Below, one piece after another: positions 36,996 through 46,026 of a stretch of DNA of 64,000 bases (position 1 is its first letter; the number at the start of each line of letters is the position of its first letter). The DNA lies in assembly GCA_050246315.1 (NCBI GenBank), contig JBFWWG010000001.1, forward strand, positions 625,128 through 689,127. Direction: 5' to 3'. Origin of the DNA: Nitrospiraceae bacterium (GTDB lineage Bacteria > Nitrospirota > Nitrospiria > Nitrospirales > Nitrospiraceae). Made by a program: the position numbers and the translations under genes. Below the pieces are notes generated by a model. The model was not told the DNA's origin. It did no database searches and saw only the letters and a program-made list of their open reading frames with translations.

Positions 36996-37905
36996 GGCTC
37001 CCTTCAGCGACGACATCAGACGGCAGCAGCTTTTCAGCGGGCAATTGTTCGTCTATGCTCCCCGTCCCAGCACCATCGCCTTTTGTGACTTTGCCAGGAC
37101 ACTCATCCAGGAGGCGTTTGGAACCCTCTATCCGCCCACGGCGCAGCACCATCTCTCGGTGGAGCAGTACGCGGGCATTCTCGGGAAGCTCAAGCCGCGG
37201 TTTATTCATCACGCGGAATCGAAGAAACATATCCAAAACATTTTCTCCGAGATGGGCTGCGACTTGACCAAGTCCTTTTTCGATGTGCCGAAAATGCGAA
37301 GCTCGACGAGCGACAACTACCTCACGACGGGCATCGCCTATGCCTGGCATCCCCATCGGGACACCTGGTATGCCGCGCCGGACTGCCAGATCAATTGGTG
37401 GATTCCGATCTATGACATCGAGTCCCACAATGCCATGGCCTTTCATCCCTGTTACTGGAACCGCCCGGTGCGGAATACGTCGAGCGGCTACAACTACTAT
37501 CAATGGAACCAACTCCACCGGGGGGAGCATGTCGCGCAGTATCTGACGGAAGATCCGCGTCCTCTGCCTCGCCCCAGCGAACCGTTCGAGCGCGAGCCGG
37601 AGATCCGCTTGATTTGTCCCGCCGGCGGGATCATCCTGTTCGCCGCCGCGCAGATGCATTCGAGCGTGCCCAATACGTCGGGGCGGACCAGGTTCAGCAT
37701 CGACTTCAGGACGGTGCATCTCGACGATGTCCTTGCCAAGCGTGGCGCGCCGAACCTGGATAACGAGTCGACCGGGACGGTCATGAGGGACTACCTCCGC
37801 GCATCGGATTTCTCGCGCCTTCCCGACGAGGTCGTAGCGCTCTACGACGACGAATCCGGAAGCTCCGGCGAACTGGTCTATCGAGACCGAGAACAGGGTG
37901 TCTGA
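36976..37905 (+). CDS. PhyH-like Fe(II)/2OG dioxygenase-fold protein
   Basis: HPHRDTWY, INWWIPI, MHSSVPNTSGRTRFSIDFR; RBS GGAGG. Confidence 0.75.
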   Translation: MNTIYYEAPFSDDIRRQQLFSGQLFVYAPRPSTIAFCDFARTLIQEAFGTLYPPTAQHHLSVEQYAGILGKLKPRFIHHAESKKHIQNIFSEMGCDLTKSFFDVPKMRSSTSDNYLTTGIAYAWHPHRDTWYAAPDCQINWWIPIYDIESHNAMAFHPCYWNRPVRNTSSGYNYYQWNQLHRGEHVAQYLTEDPRPLPRPSEPFEREPEIRLICPAGGIILFAAAQMHSSVPNTSGRTRFSIDFRTVHLDDVLAKRGAPNLDNESTGTVMRDYLRASDFSRLPDEVVALYDDESGSSGELVYRDREQGV

Positions 37906-37992
37906 CGCCGTTCCGCCCGGTGACCTGTGTGAATGTCGAAGCGAGGGACGCTTCCGACGGGCTTGCGACGCTTCACGAACGACGAGTTGCGA

Positions 37993-38469
37993 ATGACGAT
38001 GGTGCTGACCTGGCTGCACGTTCTTGCTGCGGTCAGTTGGATCGGAGGCATGATCTTCTTGTCGGTGGTCGTCGTGCCGGCCATTCGGACACCGCCCTTG
38101 GCTCAGCAACGAGCGGTCCTCTTCCCCATCGTGGCCCGCCGATTTCGCCTCGTGGCCTGGGGAGCCATGCTGCTGTTGCTGGTGACCGGACCTATTCTCG
38201 CCGCCGGGCGCGGTATCTCTCTCATCAATCCAACCACTTGGCCCTCTGTCTTTACGATCAAGCTGACCCTCGTTGGTCTCCTGCTTGGACTGACGACTGC
38301 GCACGATCTTGCGTTGGGTCCTCGTGTGGCGGAGATCATGAAACGACCGGAGCCGGAACGCTCCACATCAGAATTGCTGCTCCTTCGGTGGTCTCCCTGG
38401 GTGGCCCGAAGTTCGCTGCTGCTGGCCTTGGCCGTCCTGTTTTCGGCTGTCTCTCTGGCGAGGAGCTAG
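37993..38469 (+). CDS. CopD/DUF4149-like four-TM membrane protein
   Basis: WLHVLAAVSWIGGMIFL, LLVTG, IKLTLV, AHDLALGP. Confidence 0.75.
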   Translation: MTMVLTWLHVLAAVSWIGGMIFLSVVVVPAIRTPPLAQQRAVLFPIVARRFRLVAWGAMLLLLVTGPILAAGRGISLINPTTWPSVFTIKLTLVGLLLGLTTAHDLALGPRVAEIMKRPEPERSTSELLLLRWSPWVARSSLLLALAVLFSAVSLARS

Positions 38470-38498
38470 CCCGGCCTTTCATGAAGGCGTTCGCTGCA
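38466..38498 (-). repeat. Degenerate terminal fragment of family A element
   Basis: CTAGCCCGGCCTTTCATGAAGGCGTTCGCTGCA resembles the TIR; its TAG is the stop codon of the CopD-like gene. Confidence 0.45.
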
Positions 38499-38526
38499 TT
38501 CACGGACGTGCAAGGACGGCACCCTG

Positions 38527-39144
38527 TCTACCGTTACCGTGTAGAACCGGGGACGGCTCGAAGAGATTTATGAATTGGTGCGGAAGCTTGGCGCCGACGG
38601 CTGGCACCTCTCCCTGCTGGTCCCGGTCGGATGTGGAATGGAGATCACGCAGAGTGCCCAGCTTACGTCGCGGGATTACGAAGAGGTGTTGTATTGGATT
38701 GACGAGCTTGCGCAACGCGCAGCGACGGAAGTCCGTGCCACCTGTGCGCCGCACGCACAGCGCATCCGGCTCCCGCGGCAGGCGATGCACCCCCTCATCG
38801 TCACTGCTCCCCCCCTCAGGGGGCAGAGGGAAGGGTGAGGAGGGGTTGCAGACGCGCCGCGGCTGCTTAGCCGGGACTAGGATTTGTTTTGTCTTTCATT
38901 GCGGCGTGGTCTTTCCCTGCGGCTATCTCCCGGTGTCGGCCGGGAACGTGCGCAAGCAATCCTTCGCATCTATCTGGGCGGAGGCACCCGTTTTCGAGGA
39001 ATTGCGTGATCCGGACCTGCTGTTGGGGAAGTGAGGAGTGTGCGAATATCGAATCGTCTGTGGCGGCTGCCGGGCACGCGCGTTCGGAAGAGTGGAGACC
39101 ATGTTAGCGACGAACCCGGATGTCGCTATTCATCGATTCGGTAA
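38527..39144 (+). pseudogene. Radical SAM/SPASM (AhbC/AhbD/NirJ-like heme biosynthesis) remnant
   Basis: IYELVRKLGADGWHLSLLVPVGCG, RATCAPH, GCLAG..CFV...VFPCGYLP..GNVR, LRDPDLLLGK*GVCEYRIVCGGCRARA, DEPGCRY; no N-terminal CxxxCxxC; stops at 38542 and 39032; two frameshifts. Confidence 0.85.
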
Positions 39145-39616
39145 CTTAGGTAGGTACCATGGCCTACAGATTCACAAGGTGGTGTGAATCCTGTCAGCTT
39201 AACCTTCATCTTGCGTTGGTGCAAGACGATGATCCTCATTCTTGAGGGTGACCTTTGCTCATCGTGATCCACATGTTGGCCTCCCACTGTCATCCGGATC
39301 CATCCCCTTCAACCTGGCGAGCAGGATCGTCCAATAGATAAACGTTGCCCTGTCGCGATCCGCCACGGTCTTCTCCCGCCGACCTGAGGCCTAATGCCCC
39401 GTTTGCGCTTGTCTGGATTCTCCCTGGCCCTGTATGAAGGAGCCGTTCCCGTATGCGAGGCAGGCCCGGCGTCAAGCCTGAGCGCGAAGGTACGGTCTTT
39501 GCTGTCTCACGCTGATCTAGGGTAAGCTGCGAATCGTCGCGGAAGAAAATGGTTGGCGAGCGGCCGGCATGCAGGAGACCTCCGGGATGGAACGAATGAA
39601 TGAGAGGCAGGCGGAA

Positions 39617-40180
39617 ATGGGATCGATCGCGAAGTTTCTGACCGAGGATCACCGGCGTTTGGAACAACTACTCGATCGAGCCGGTGGGCCGGCGGGTCGC
39701 ATCGATCACGCGCGCTACGAGGAATTCCGGGCAGGACTGTTGCGCCATATCGGGATGGAGGAAAAGATTCTGTTTCCGGCAATCCAACGGGCACATCAAG
39801 GCCAAGCCGATTCCTCGCTCGCATCGTCGCTTGCCTCCTCGCTTGCACAATTGCGGCTGGAGCACGGCGCCTTGGCGACCTTGCTGATGCCATCGCCGAC
39901 CGAGCCGATCCTGGCCACGATCCGCGAGATCCTCAGGCACCATGACGAAATCGAAGAAACCGCCGATGGACCCTACAAGGTCGCAGACGATCTGTTGGGC
40001 CAAGAAGCAGAAGTGATAGTGGCCGCCCTCTGTGCCGCTCCGTCGGTCAACGTGATGCCTCATTCCGACAGCCCCGCCGTGGTCGCGACCCTGCATCGTG
40101 TTCTGGCCAGAGCCGGCTACAGCCTCGATGGCAGGCAGAAGGAGACGGACCGCCGGGAGGCACAATCGCCTGAACGGTAA
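39617..40180 (+). CDS. Hemerythrin-like (HHE) domain protein
   Basis: DHRRLE, LRHIGMEEKILFP, LRLEH, HHDEIEE; start uncertain (39569-39617). Confidence 0.8.
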   Translation: MGSIAKFLTEDHRRLEQLLDRAGGPAGRIDHARYEEFRAGLLRHIGMEEKILFPAIQRAHQGQADSSLASSLASSLAQLRLEHGALATLLMPSPTEPILATIREILRHHDEIEETADGPYKVADDLLGQEAEVIVAALCAAPSVNVMPHSDSPAVVATLHRVLARAGYSLDGRQKETDRREAQSPER

Positions 40181-40230
40181 CGAGAGGGGCCGGCCACGGC
40201 AGCCGGCCGGAGCAAAGAGAAGGGTGATGC

Positions 40231-41151
40231 ATGAGAGACCAACCGTCCTTGTTCAACCGAATCCTCTTCGCGACCGATTTTTCGGCCTGCGCGCGCCACG
40301 CCGAGGACTATGTGACGTTTCTCGCCACGGCCTATAAAGCTGCCGTGACGGTTCTGCACGTGTTGGAAATCTACGAAGGGACGTATGTCACCACGGTGCA
40401 GGATCAAAGCGAATCGGGATCGCGGTTGGCCAATATCGCTCGACGCCTTAGGCAGCCGGGCTTGTTGGTGTCCCATGAGCAGCGGGCCGGCATTCCCGAC
40501 GCGATTATTTGTGACGTGGCCGTGGACACTCAGACGGACCTGATCGTACTCGGCACTCATGGACGAATCGGGCTCAAGCATATTCTCCTGGGCAGTACGG
40601 CGGAACGGGTGCTGATGCTGGCTCCCTGTCCGGTCTTGACGATCAGGCAGCCGGATAGGGGCGAAGGGGAAGAGGCGAAGCGGCCGATCCAATTGAAGCA
40701 CGTCGCCGTCCCGGTCGATTTCTCGGAATGTTCCATGGAGGCCCTGGAGTACGGCGTCCGAATCGCCAAGACCAACGGCGCATCGGTAACGCTCCTCCAC
40801 ATCTTGGAGCCGCTCTCCTACGGCATCGATTTGACGTTCGGGCACGCGGCGGAACAGAACCGGCAACAGATCGTTGCCCGGCTTAAACAGGTGGCGAACG
40901 AGATTCAATCGCAGGGGGTCTCTGTGCGTGCCGTGATGCGCGGCGGAGTGCCGGCCGATTCCATTCTGGACTTCATCGGCACCTCCGATTGCGATCTGGT
41001 GGTGATGGGCACGCATGGTCGACGCGGAATCGCTCATGTGGTGAAAGGCAGCGTGGCAGAAGGGGTGCTGCGCCGATCGCCCTGTCCGGTCCTGGCCGGA
41101 AAGCATTTCAAGCTGCTTGGCAGCGGCCGGCTTGCCGCACCGGTGTCGTAG
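40231..41151 (+). CDS. Universal stress protein, tandem USP domains
   Basis: ILFATDFS...LIVLGTHG...GSTAE; VAVPVDFS...VVMGTHG...GSVAE...CPVL. Confidence 0.93.
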   Translation: MRDQPSLFNRILFATDFSACARHAEDYVTFLATAYKAAVTVLHVLEIYEGTYVTTVQDQSESGSRLANIARRLRQPGLLVSHEQRAGIPDAIICDVAVDTQTDLIVLGTHGRIGLKHILLGSTAERVLMLAPCPVLTIRQPDRGEGEEAKRPIQLKHVAVPVDFSECSMEALEYGVRIAKTNGASVTLLHILEPLSYGIDLTFGHAAEQNRQQIVARLKQVANEIQSQGVSVRAVMRGGVPADSILDFIGTSDCDLVVMGTHGRRGIAHVVKGSVAEGVLRRSPCPVLAGKHFKLLGSGRLAAPVS

Positions 41152-41327
41152 AACCTGAGGGTTGGTGCGAGGCGAGCAACGTTTCTCCGGCGCCATCATG
41201 AAGCTGTCTGATCGCAAGAATGTCAAGAGCAAGAGACACAGTGAAGGGGTTTCTCCGCGGGCATCATATTCCAAGAAACGATAAAGAGCCTCCGGTTCAA
41301 CCGAAGGTTGGTGTGGAGGAAGAGAAG

Positions 41328-41564
41328 ATGGGCAAACCGACGATTGCCGCGAAACAGCCGGCCGTGCTGACGCTCGATCCGGGCACCTATTATTGGTGCC
41401 GATGCGGACGGTCCAAGACCCAGCCGTTCTGCGACGGGTCTCACACGGGATCGGAGTTCGCTCCACTCGACTTTACCATTGCGGAGCGCAGGCAGGTGGC
41501 CTTGTGTCAATGCAAGCATACCGGGCATCCGCCCTTTTGCGACGGCACGCACAAGACGCTGTAA
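41328..41564 (+). CDS. CDGSH iron-sulfur protein with two CDGSH motifs (MiNT/CISD3-like)
   Basis: WCRCGRSKTQPFCDGSH and LCQCKHTGHPPFCDGTH; RBS GGAGG. Confidence 0.93.
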   Translation: MGKPTIAAKQPAVLTLDPGTYYWCRCGRSKTQPFCDGSHTGSEFAPLDFTIAERRQVALCQCKHTGHPPFCDGTHKTL

Positions 41565-41645
41565 CCACCACGCCAGGTGAACGGACTGACCGATGCCTCC
41601 TTGCCAAGGTGATACGACCTCCGCCGGTTGATCGCAACCCTCTCC

Positions 41646-42752
41646 ATGAGCATGAGACGTGGCATCCTCATCATCGGGCTGGCGATCGTACTGGTCGGGA
41701 TTGGCGGCGCGTGGCTGTTCGGTCGAAGCCTCTGGAATCCCCGCCTGTCGGAGGGGCTTATTCAGACGAACGGCCGCATTGAAGGCGATCACCTCACCGT
41801 GGCGAGCAAGTTTCCCGGGCGTATCCAAGAACTCTTGGTGCGGGAGGGGCACAGGGTCACGGCGGGCCAAGTGATGATCCGGCTCGATGACGTGCAGACC
41901 AGTGCCCGGGTCGAGCAGGCTCGCCATGGCTGGGCGGCGATCGAAGCGCAGGTGCAGGCAGCCCATACGACTTTGGCGGTCCTGAATCTGGAGGTGCCGC
42001 TGGCCATCGAATCGGCGCAGTCCCATGTGGATCAAAGCAAGGCGGAACTGGAGAAGGCCAAGGCGGTCGAGCAGGAGGCGCGGCGCGATGAGCAGCGGTT
42101 GCGCAACCTGCTTCCAGAGGAGGCGGTCGCCCGACAACAATACGATCAGGCCAGTGCCCGTTGGACTGTGGCGCGGAACGACATCAGTGCCTCACAGTCA
42201 GCGCTGACCAAAGCGACGAAGGAGCTGGCGCGGGCAGAGTTGGGCTGGAAACGGATTCGTGCGAAGGAGGAAGAGATCGCCGCGCTGGAGCGCCAGCGGG
42301 ATCAGGCCGAGGCGGTGCTGAACGAAGCTGAGAGCATTCTGACCGACCTGACGATTGTCGCGGCGGCCAACGGAACCATCACGACCCGCATGGTCGACGT
42401 CGGTGAGGTCGTGACTGCCGGCACACCCCTGTTCGAAGTTGTCGATCTGGACCGACTCTACCTGAAGGCCTATGTGCCGGAGGTGCAGATCGGTAAGGTT
42501 CGATTGGGCTTACCGGCGCGGATTTATACGGACGCCTTCCCCGATCAGCCGTTCGATGCGACGGTCCGCTACATCGCCTCGAAAGCCGAGTTTACCCCCA
42601 AGGAAGTTCAAACGCCGGATGAACGGGTGAAGCTGATCTATGAGGTGCGACTCTATCTGGCGGCAAATCCGGATCACCGGCTGACGCCGGGCCTCCCGGC
42701 GGACGCGATCATCCGGTGGAAGGATGACGTGGCCTGGGCGAAGCCGAGATGA
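41646..42752 (+). CDS. HlyD-family periplasmic adaptor (YbhG-like)
   Basis: N-terminal TM; NGRIEG..VASKFPGRI..VREG; coiled coil; AEFTPKEVQTPDERVKLIY. Confidence 0.88.
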   Translation: MSMRRGILIIGLAIVLVGIGGAWLFGRSLWNPRLSEGLIQTNGRIEGDHLTVASKFPGRIQELLVREGHRVTAGQVMIRLDDVQTSARVEQARHGWAAIEAQVQAAHTTLAVLNLEVPLAIESAQSHVDQSKAELEKAKAVEQEARRDEQRLRNLLPEEAVARQQYDQASARWTVARNDISASQSALTKATKELARAELGWKRIRAKEEEIAALERQRDQAEAVLNEAESILTDLTIVAAANGTITTRMVDVGEVVTAGTPLFEVVDLDRLYLKAYVPEVQIGKVRLGLPARIYTDAFPDQPFDATVRYIASKAEFTPKEVQTPDERVKLIYEVRLYLAANPDHRLTPGLPADAIIRWKDDVAWAKPR

Positions 42753-42759
42753 CGGCACT

Positions 42760-42860
42760 GGTCATCGGTCAACGATCACTGGTCGGGAATCTCGGTATCG
42801 TCCGTGACCCATGACCCATGACGGATGACTCTTGACCCGCGACCGTCCGAATGACGAATC
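42760..42860. repeat. 7-nt-periodic inverted array (family B), clearest copy
   Basis: GGTCATC GGTCAAC GATCACT GGTC ... TGACCCA TGACCCA TGACGGA TGACTCT TGACCCG CGACCG. Confidence 0.75.
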
Positions 42861-44824
42861 AGCCGATGGGTGACGACCCAACCATTGTGCGCGTGTCCGG
42901 CTTCGTCAAGCGCTACAAGAAGCATGAGGCCGTGCAGGGCGTGGATCTCGAAGTCCGCAAGGGCGATATCTACGGACTGATCGGGCCGGACGGTGCGGGG
43001 AAGAGCAGCCTGATGAAGGCGATCGCCGGGGTCCTGTCATACGAGGCCGGTGAAGTCGAGGTATTCGGGGTGCGGGTCGATTCAGAACGAGCTGCGGAGC
43101 AGGTGAAACAACGGATCGGGTTTCTTCCTCAGGGGTTGGGGCTCAATCTCTACCCGGAGCTCTCCGTCGAGGAGAACATCGACTTCTTCGCCCGGCTGCG
43201 ATTAGTTCCGGAGGCTGAGCTTCGCGAGCGCAAGGCCCGGCTGCTGACGATGACGCGGTTAGAGCGTTTCCGCGGACGGCCGATGAAACAACTCTCAGGC
43301 GGAATGAAGCAGAAGCTCGGCCTGATCTGTACGCTGATACATGAGCCGGAGCTGGCCATTCTGGATGAGCCGACGACCGGCGTCGATCCGGTGTCGCGGC
43401 GTGACTTCTGGGCCATCCTCGCTGAATGGCAGGGGGCGAAAGGCATGACGGCGCTGGTCTCGACCGCATACATGGATGAGGCGGCGCGTTTCCATCGGCT
43501 CTCGTTCCTCTCCCGTGGCCGGGTGTTGGCATCGGGAGGTCCCGGAGAAGTCCAATCGCTGGTTCCGGGCCTTGTCGTCACCTTTGAATCGACTCCGCAA
43601 CTGGAGGCGGTCGCACGCCTCAAGCGACAGTATGCCCAGATTGAATCATTGGGTCCCTTGCTGCACGTGTTCACGCCTGAGCAGGAGACCGCCATCGCGG
43701 TTTCACAGATCCGGGACGCCTTGGGCGAGTTGCCGATTGAGCGCGTCCAGGCCGATGAACCGGAACTGGAAGATGTCGTGGTGGCGCTCTTACTCAAAGA
43801 ACAGCACGAGCAGGGTGGGGATCCAGGCGGGTCGGACAAACCGAGCCGCCCGCCCGGCAAGTCGCAGTTTGACGGGCTTGCCGTCGAGGCCAGGGAGCTC
43901 GTCCGGGACTTTGGGGGTTTTCGAGCCGTCGATCGGGTGAGCTTTGACGTGAAGCAGGGCGAAATTTTCGGATTGCTGGGCGCCAACGGCGCGGGCAAGA
44001 CCACCGTCATCAAGATGTTGAACGGAATTTTGCGCCCGACCGGGGGGGAAGGGTGGGTGGCCGGCGCAGATATGCGGAGGGCGGGAGGCGCGATCAAGGA
44101 ACGGATCGGCTACATGTCTCAAGCCTTCTCACTCTATTTGGATCTGACGGTCATCGAGAACATCCGGCTTTTTGCCGGTATTTATGGGTTGGCTCGGCGA
44201 GAGGCGCAACATCGGATGGAGTGGATCGTGGAAATGGCGGGCCTGACGAGCTATGAGGACGAGCGAACGGGGAGCCTGCCGATGGGCGTGCGCCAGCGCC
44301 TGGCGCTGGGTTGCGCGCTGGTCCACAGCCCACGCGTGTTGTTTCTGGATGAGCCGACTTCCGGGGTGGACCCGATCGGCCGGCGCCAATTCTGGGAGCT
44401 GCTGTCGCAATTGGCTCGCGAGGAAGGAGTCGCGATTCTCGTCACCACGCATTATCTGAACGAAGCGGAGCACTGTGATCGCCTGGCACTGATGTATGCC
44501 GGGCGCATCGTCGCGGAGGGGGCTCCGGCGGACTTGAAAAGCGAGGTCGAACGGGAGATCGGCCGATTGCTGGAGTTCGTGATCGACAGGCCGGGGAGCG
44601 CGCTCGCGCAACTGACGGCAAGCGGGTACACCAATGCGGCCCTCTTCGGTACAAAAATCCACGTGATGTCTGCCGATCCGCACCGGGACGAGGCGCGCAT
44701 TCGGGATGTCTTGAGCCGCTCCGGTGTCCGGGTCGAATCGGTGCGGACACGAACGCCCAGCCTTGAAGATGTCTTTGTGTCGCGGGTTCTGGCGCTGGAA
44801 CAGGCGGCGCAGAAGGAAACATAA
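42851..44824 (+). CDS. ABC transporter ATP-binding protein with two ATPase domains (YbhF-like)
   Basis: GPDGAGKS, LSGGMKQK, LDEPTTGVDP; GANGAGKT, LPMGVRQR, LDEPTSGVDP; true start may be 42866. Confidence 0.92.
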   Translation: MTNQPMGDDPTIVRVSGFVKRYKKHEAVQGVDLEVRKGDIYGLIGPDGAGKSSLMKAIAGVLSYEAGEVEVFGVRVDSERAAEQVKQRIGFLPQGLGLNLYPELSVEENIDFFARLRLVPEAELRERKARLLTMTRLERFRGRPMKQLSGGMKQKLGLICTLIHEPELAILDEPTTGVDPVSRRDFWAILAEWQGAKGMTALVSTAYMDEAARFHRLSFLSRGRVLASGGPGEVQSLVPGLVVTFESTPQLEAVARLKRQYAQIESLGPLLHVFTPEQETAIAVSQIRDALGELPIERVQADEPELEDVVVALLLKEQHEQGGDPGGSDKPSRPPGKSQFDGLAVEARELVRDFGGFRAVDRVSFDVKQGEIFGLLGANGAGKTTVIKMLNGILRPTGGEGWVAGADMRRAGGAIKERIGYMSQAFSLYLDLTVIENIRLFAGIYGLARREAQHRMEWIVEMAGLTSYEDERTGSLPMGVRQRLALGCALVHSPRVLFLDEPTSGVDPIGRRQFWELLSQLAREEGVAILVTTHYLNEAEHCDRLALMYAGRIVAEGAPADLKSEVEREIGRLLEFVIDRPGSALAQLTASGYTNAALFGTKIHVMSADPHRDEARIRDVLSRSGVRVESVRTRTPSLEDVFVSRVLALEQAAQKET

Positions 44825-44861
44825 ACCGGGTCGGCCGTTCTCTCGCCCCGTCATGCCTGTC

Positions 44862-46016
44862 ATGAATCTCCGACGTATCAGAGCCGTGGCGCTCAAGGAA
44901 TGGAAGGAGACGACGAGGGATCGGCCGTTTCTGTTGTTAGCCTTCCTGCTGCCTTCCTTGTGGTTGGTGGCGTTCGGCTATGGGCTGGTCCTGGATGTCG
45001 AGCAGATTCCCTTCGCGGTGCTCGATCGAGATCACAGCGAGCTGAGCCGGGATTATCTCTACCGATTCATGCAGTCGCGATATTTCTCGTTTCGCGGTTA
45101 CGCCGATCATGAGCGGGCTCTCGATCGCCTGCTGACGGAGACGAAAATCCGGGCGGCGATCATTGTCCCGGAACGCTTTCAAGAGCGCTTGGCCGCAGGA
45201 GAGCCCGCGGCAGTCCAGACGTTGCTCGACGGAACCTTTCCGCTCCATACGGATATCGCGAAAGGCTATGTGATCGCCATCAATCAGGCGTTTACGGAGG
45301 AACGGGTGATCGATCATCTGCGCCGATCTCGCGGGTTCACGCAGGAGCAAGCCCGCCGACTGGTCCGTCCGCTGACGGTGGAGGTCCGGTACCTGTACAA
45401 CGAGGAAGTCCGAAGCACCTGGTCCATGGTGCCGGCGCTCGTCATGTTCACCCTGATGTTGGCGACGCCGTTGCTCACCGCGCTGGGGGTCGTGAGGGAG
45501 AAAGAAACAGGTTCGATCTACAACATCTACAGCTCCACACTGAGCCGCGCCGAGTTTTTGACCGGCAAACTTCTTCCCTATGTCGCGATTTCGCTGGTGA
45601 ACGTCTGGGTCCTGTGGCTGATTGCCGTCACGCTCTTTCAGGTCCCCTTCAAAGGGAGTCTGCTTTTCTTTTTCTCCGGATCCGTCCTGTTCGTCCTCTG
45701 CGGAACCGGCGTCGGATTGCTGATTTCCCTGCTCGTGAACACCCAAATGGCGGCCCTCATCATTACCATGGTCGTGGCCATGGTGCCGACGATTCTGTTT
45801 TCCGGCCTTCTGGTGCCCGTGTCGTCCTTGAGCCGGGGGGCACAGGTCCAGGCGCATCTCTTTCCCGCTATGTATTACACGGATATCGTCCGCGGGAGCT
45901 TTCTGAAGGGAGTGGGTCTGGACGTCATGTGGATCGATCTGTTGGCGCTGGCTATCTTTGCAACGGTCATGAGCGGGATTACGTATCGACTCTTCACCAA
46001 GAGGCCGAAGGCATGA
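44862..46016 (+). CDS. ABC-2 permease (YbhS-like)
   Basis: ALKEW..RD, VLDRDHSELSR, VREKETGS, ILFSGLLVP. Confidence 0.88.
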   Translation: MNLRRIRAVALKEWKETTRDRPFLLLAFLLPSLWLVAFGYGLVLDVEQIPFAVLDRDHSELSRDYLYRFMQSRYFSFRGYADHERALDRLLTETKIRAAIIVPERFQERLAAGEPAAVQTLLDGTFPLHTDIAKGYVIAINQAFTEERVIDHLRRSRGFTQEQARRLVRPLTVEVRYLYNEEVRSTWSMVPALVMFTLMLATPLLTALGVVREKETGSIYNIYSSTLSRAEFLTGKLLPYVAISLVNVWVLWLIAVTLFQVPFKGSLLFFFSGSVLFVLCGTGVGLLISLLVNTQMAALIITMVVAMVPTILFSGLLVPVSSLSRGAQVQAHLFPAMYYTDIVRGSFLKGVGLDVMWIDLLALAIFATVMSGITYRLFTKRPKA

Positions 46017-46026
46017 CGGAGGCGCC

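Noticed and set aside
39032..39034. TGA at a conserved SPASM Cys position (GK*GVCEY) as possible selenocysteine
   Set aside because: The gene lacks its N-terminus and has another stop and two frameshifts; no convincing SECIS hairpin follows; simple decay explains it
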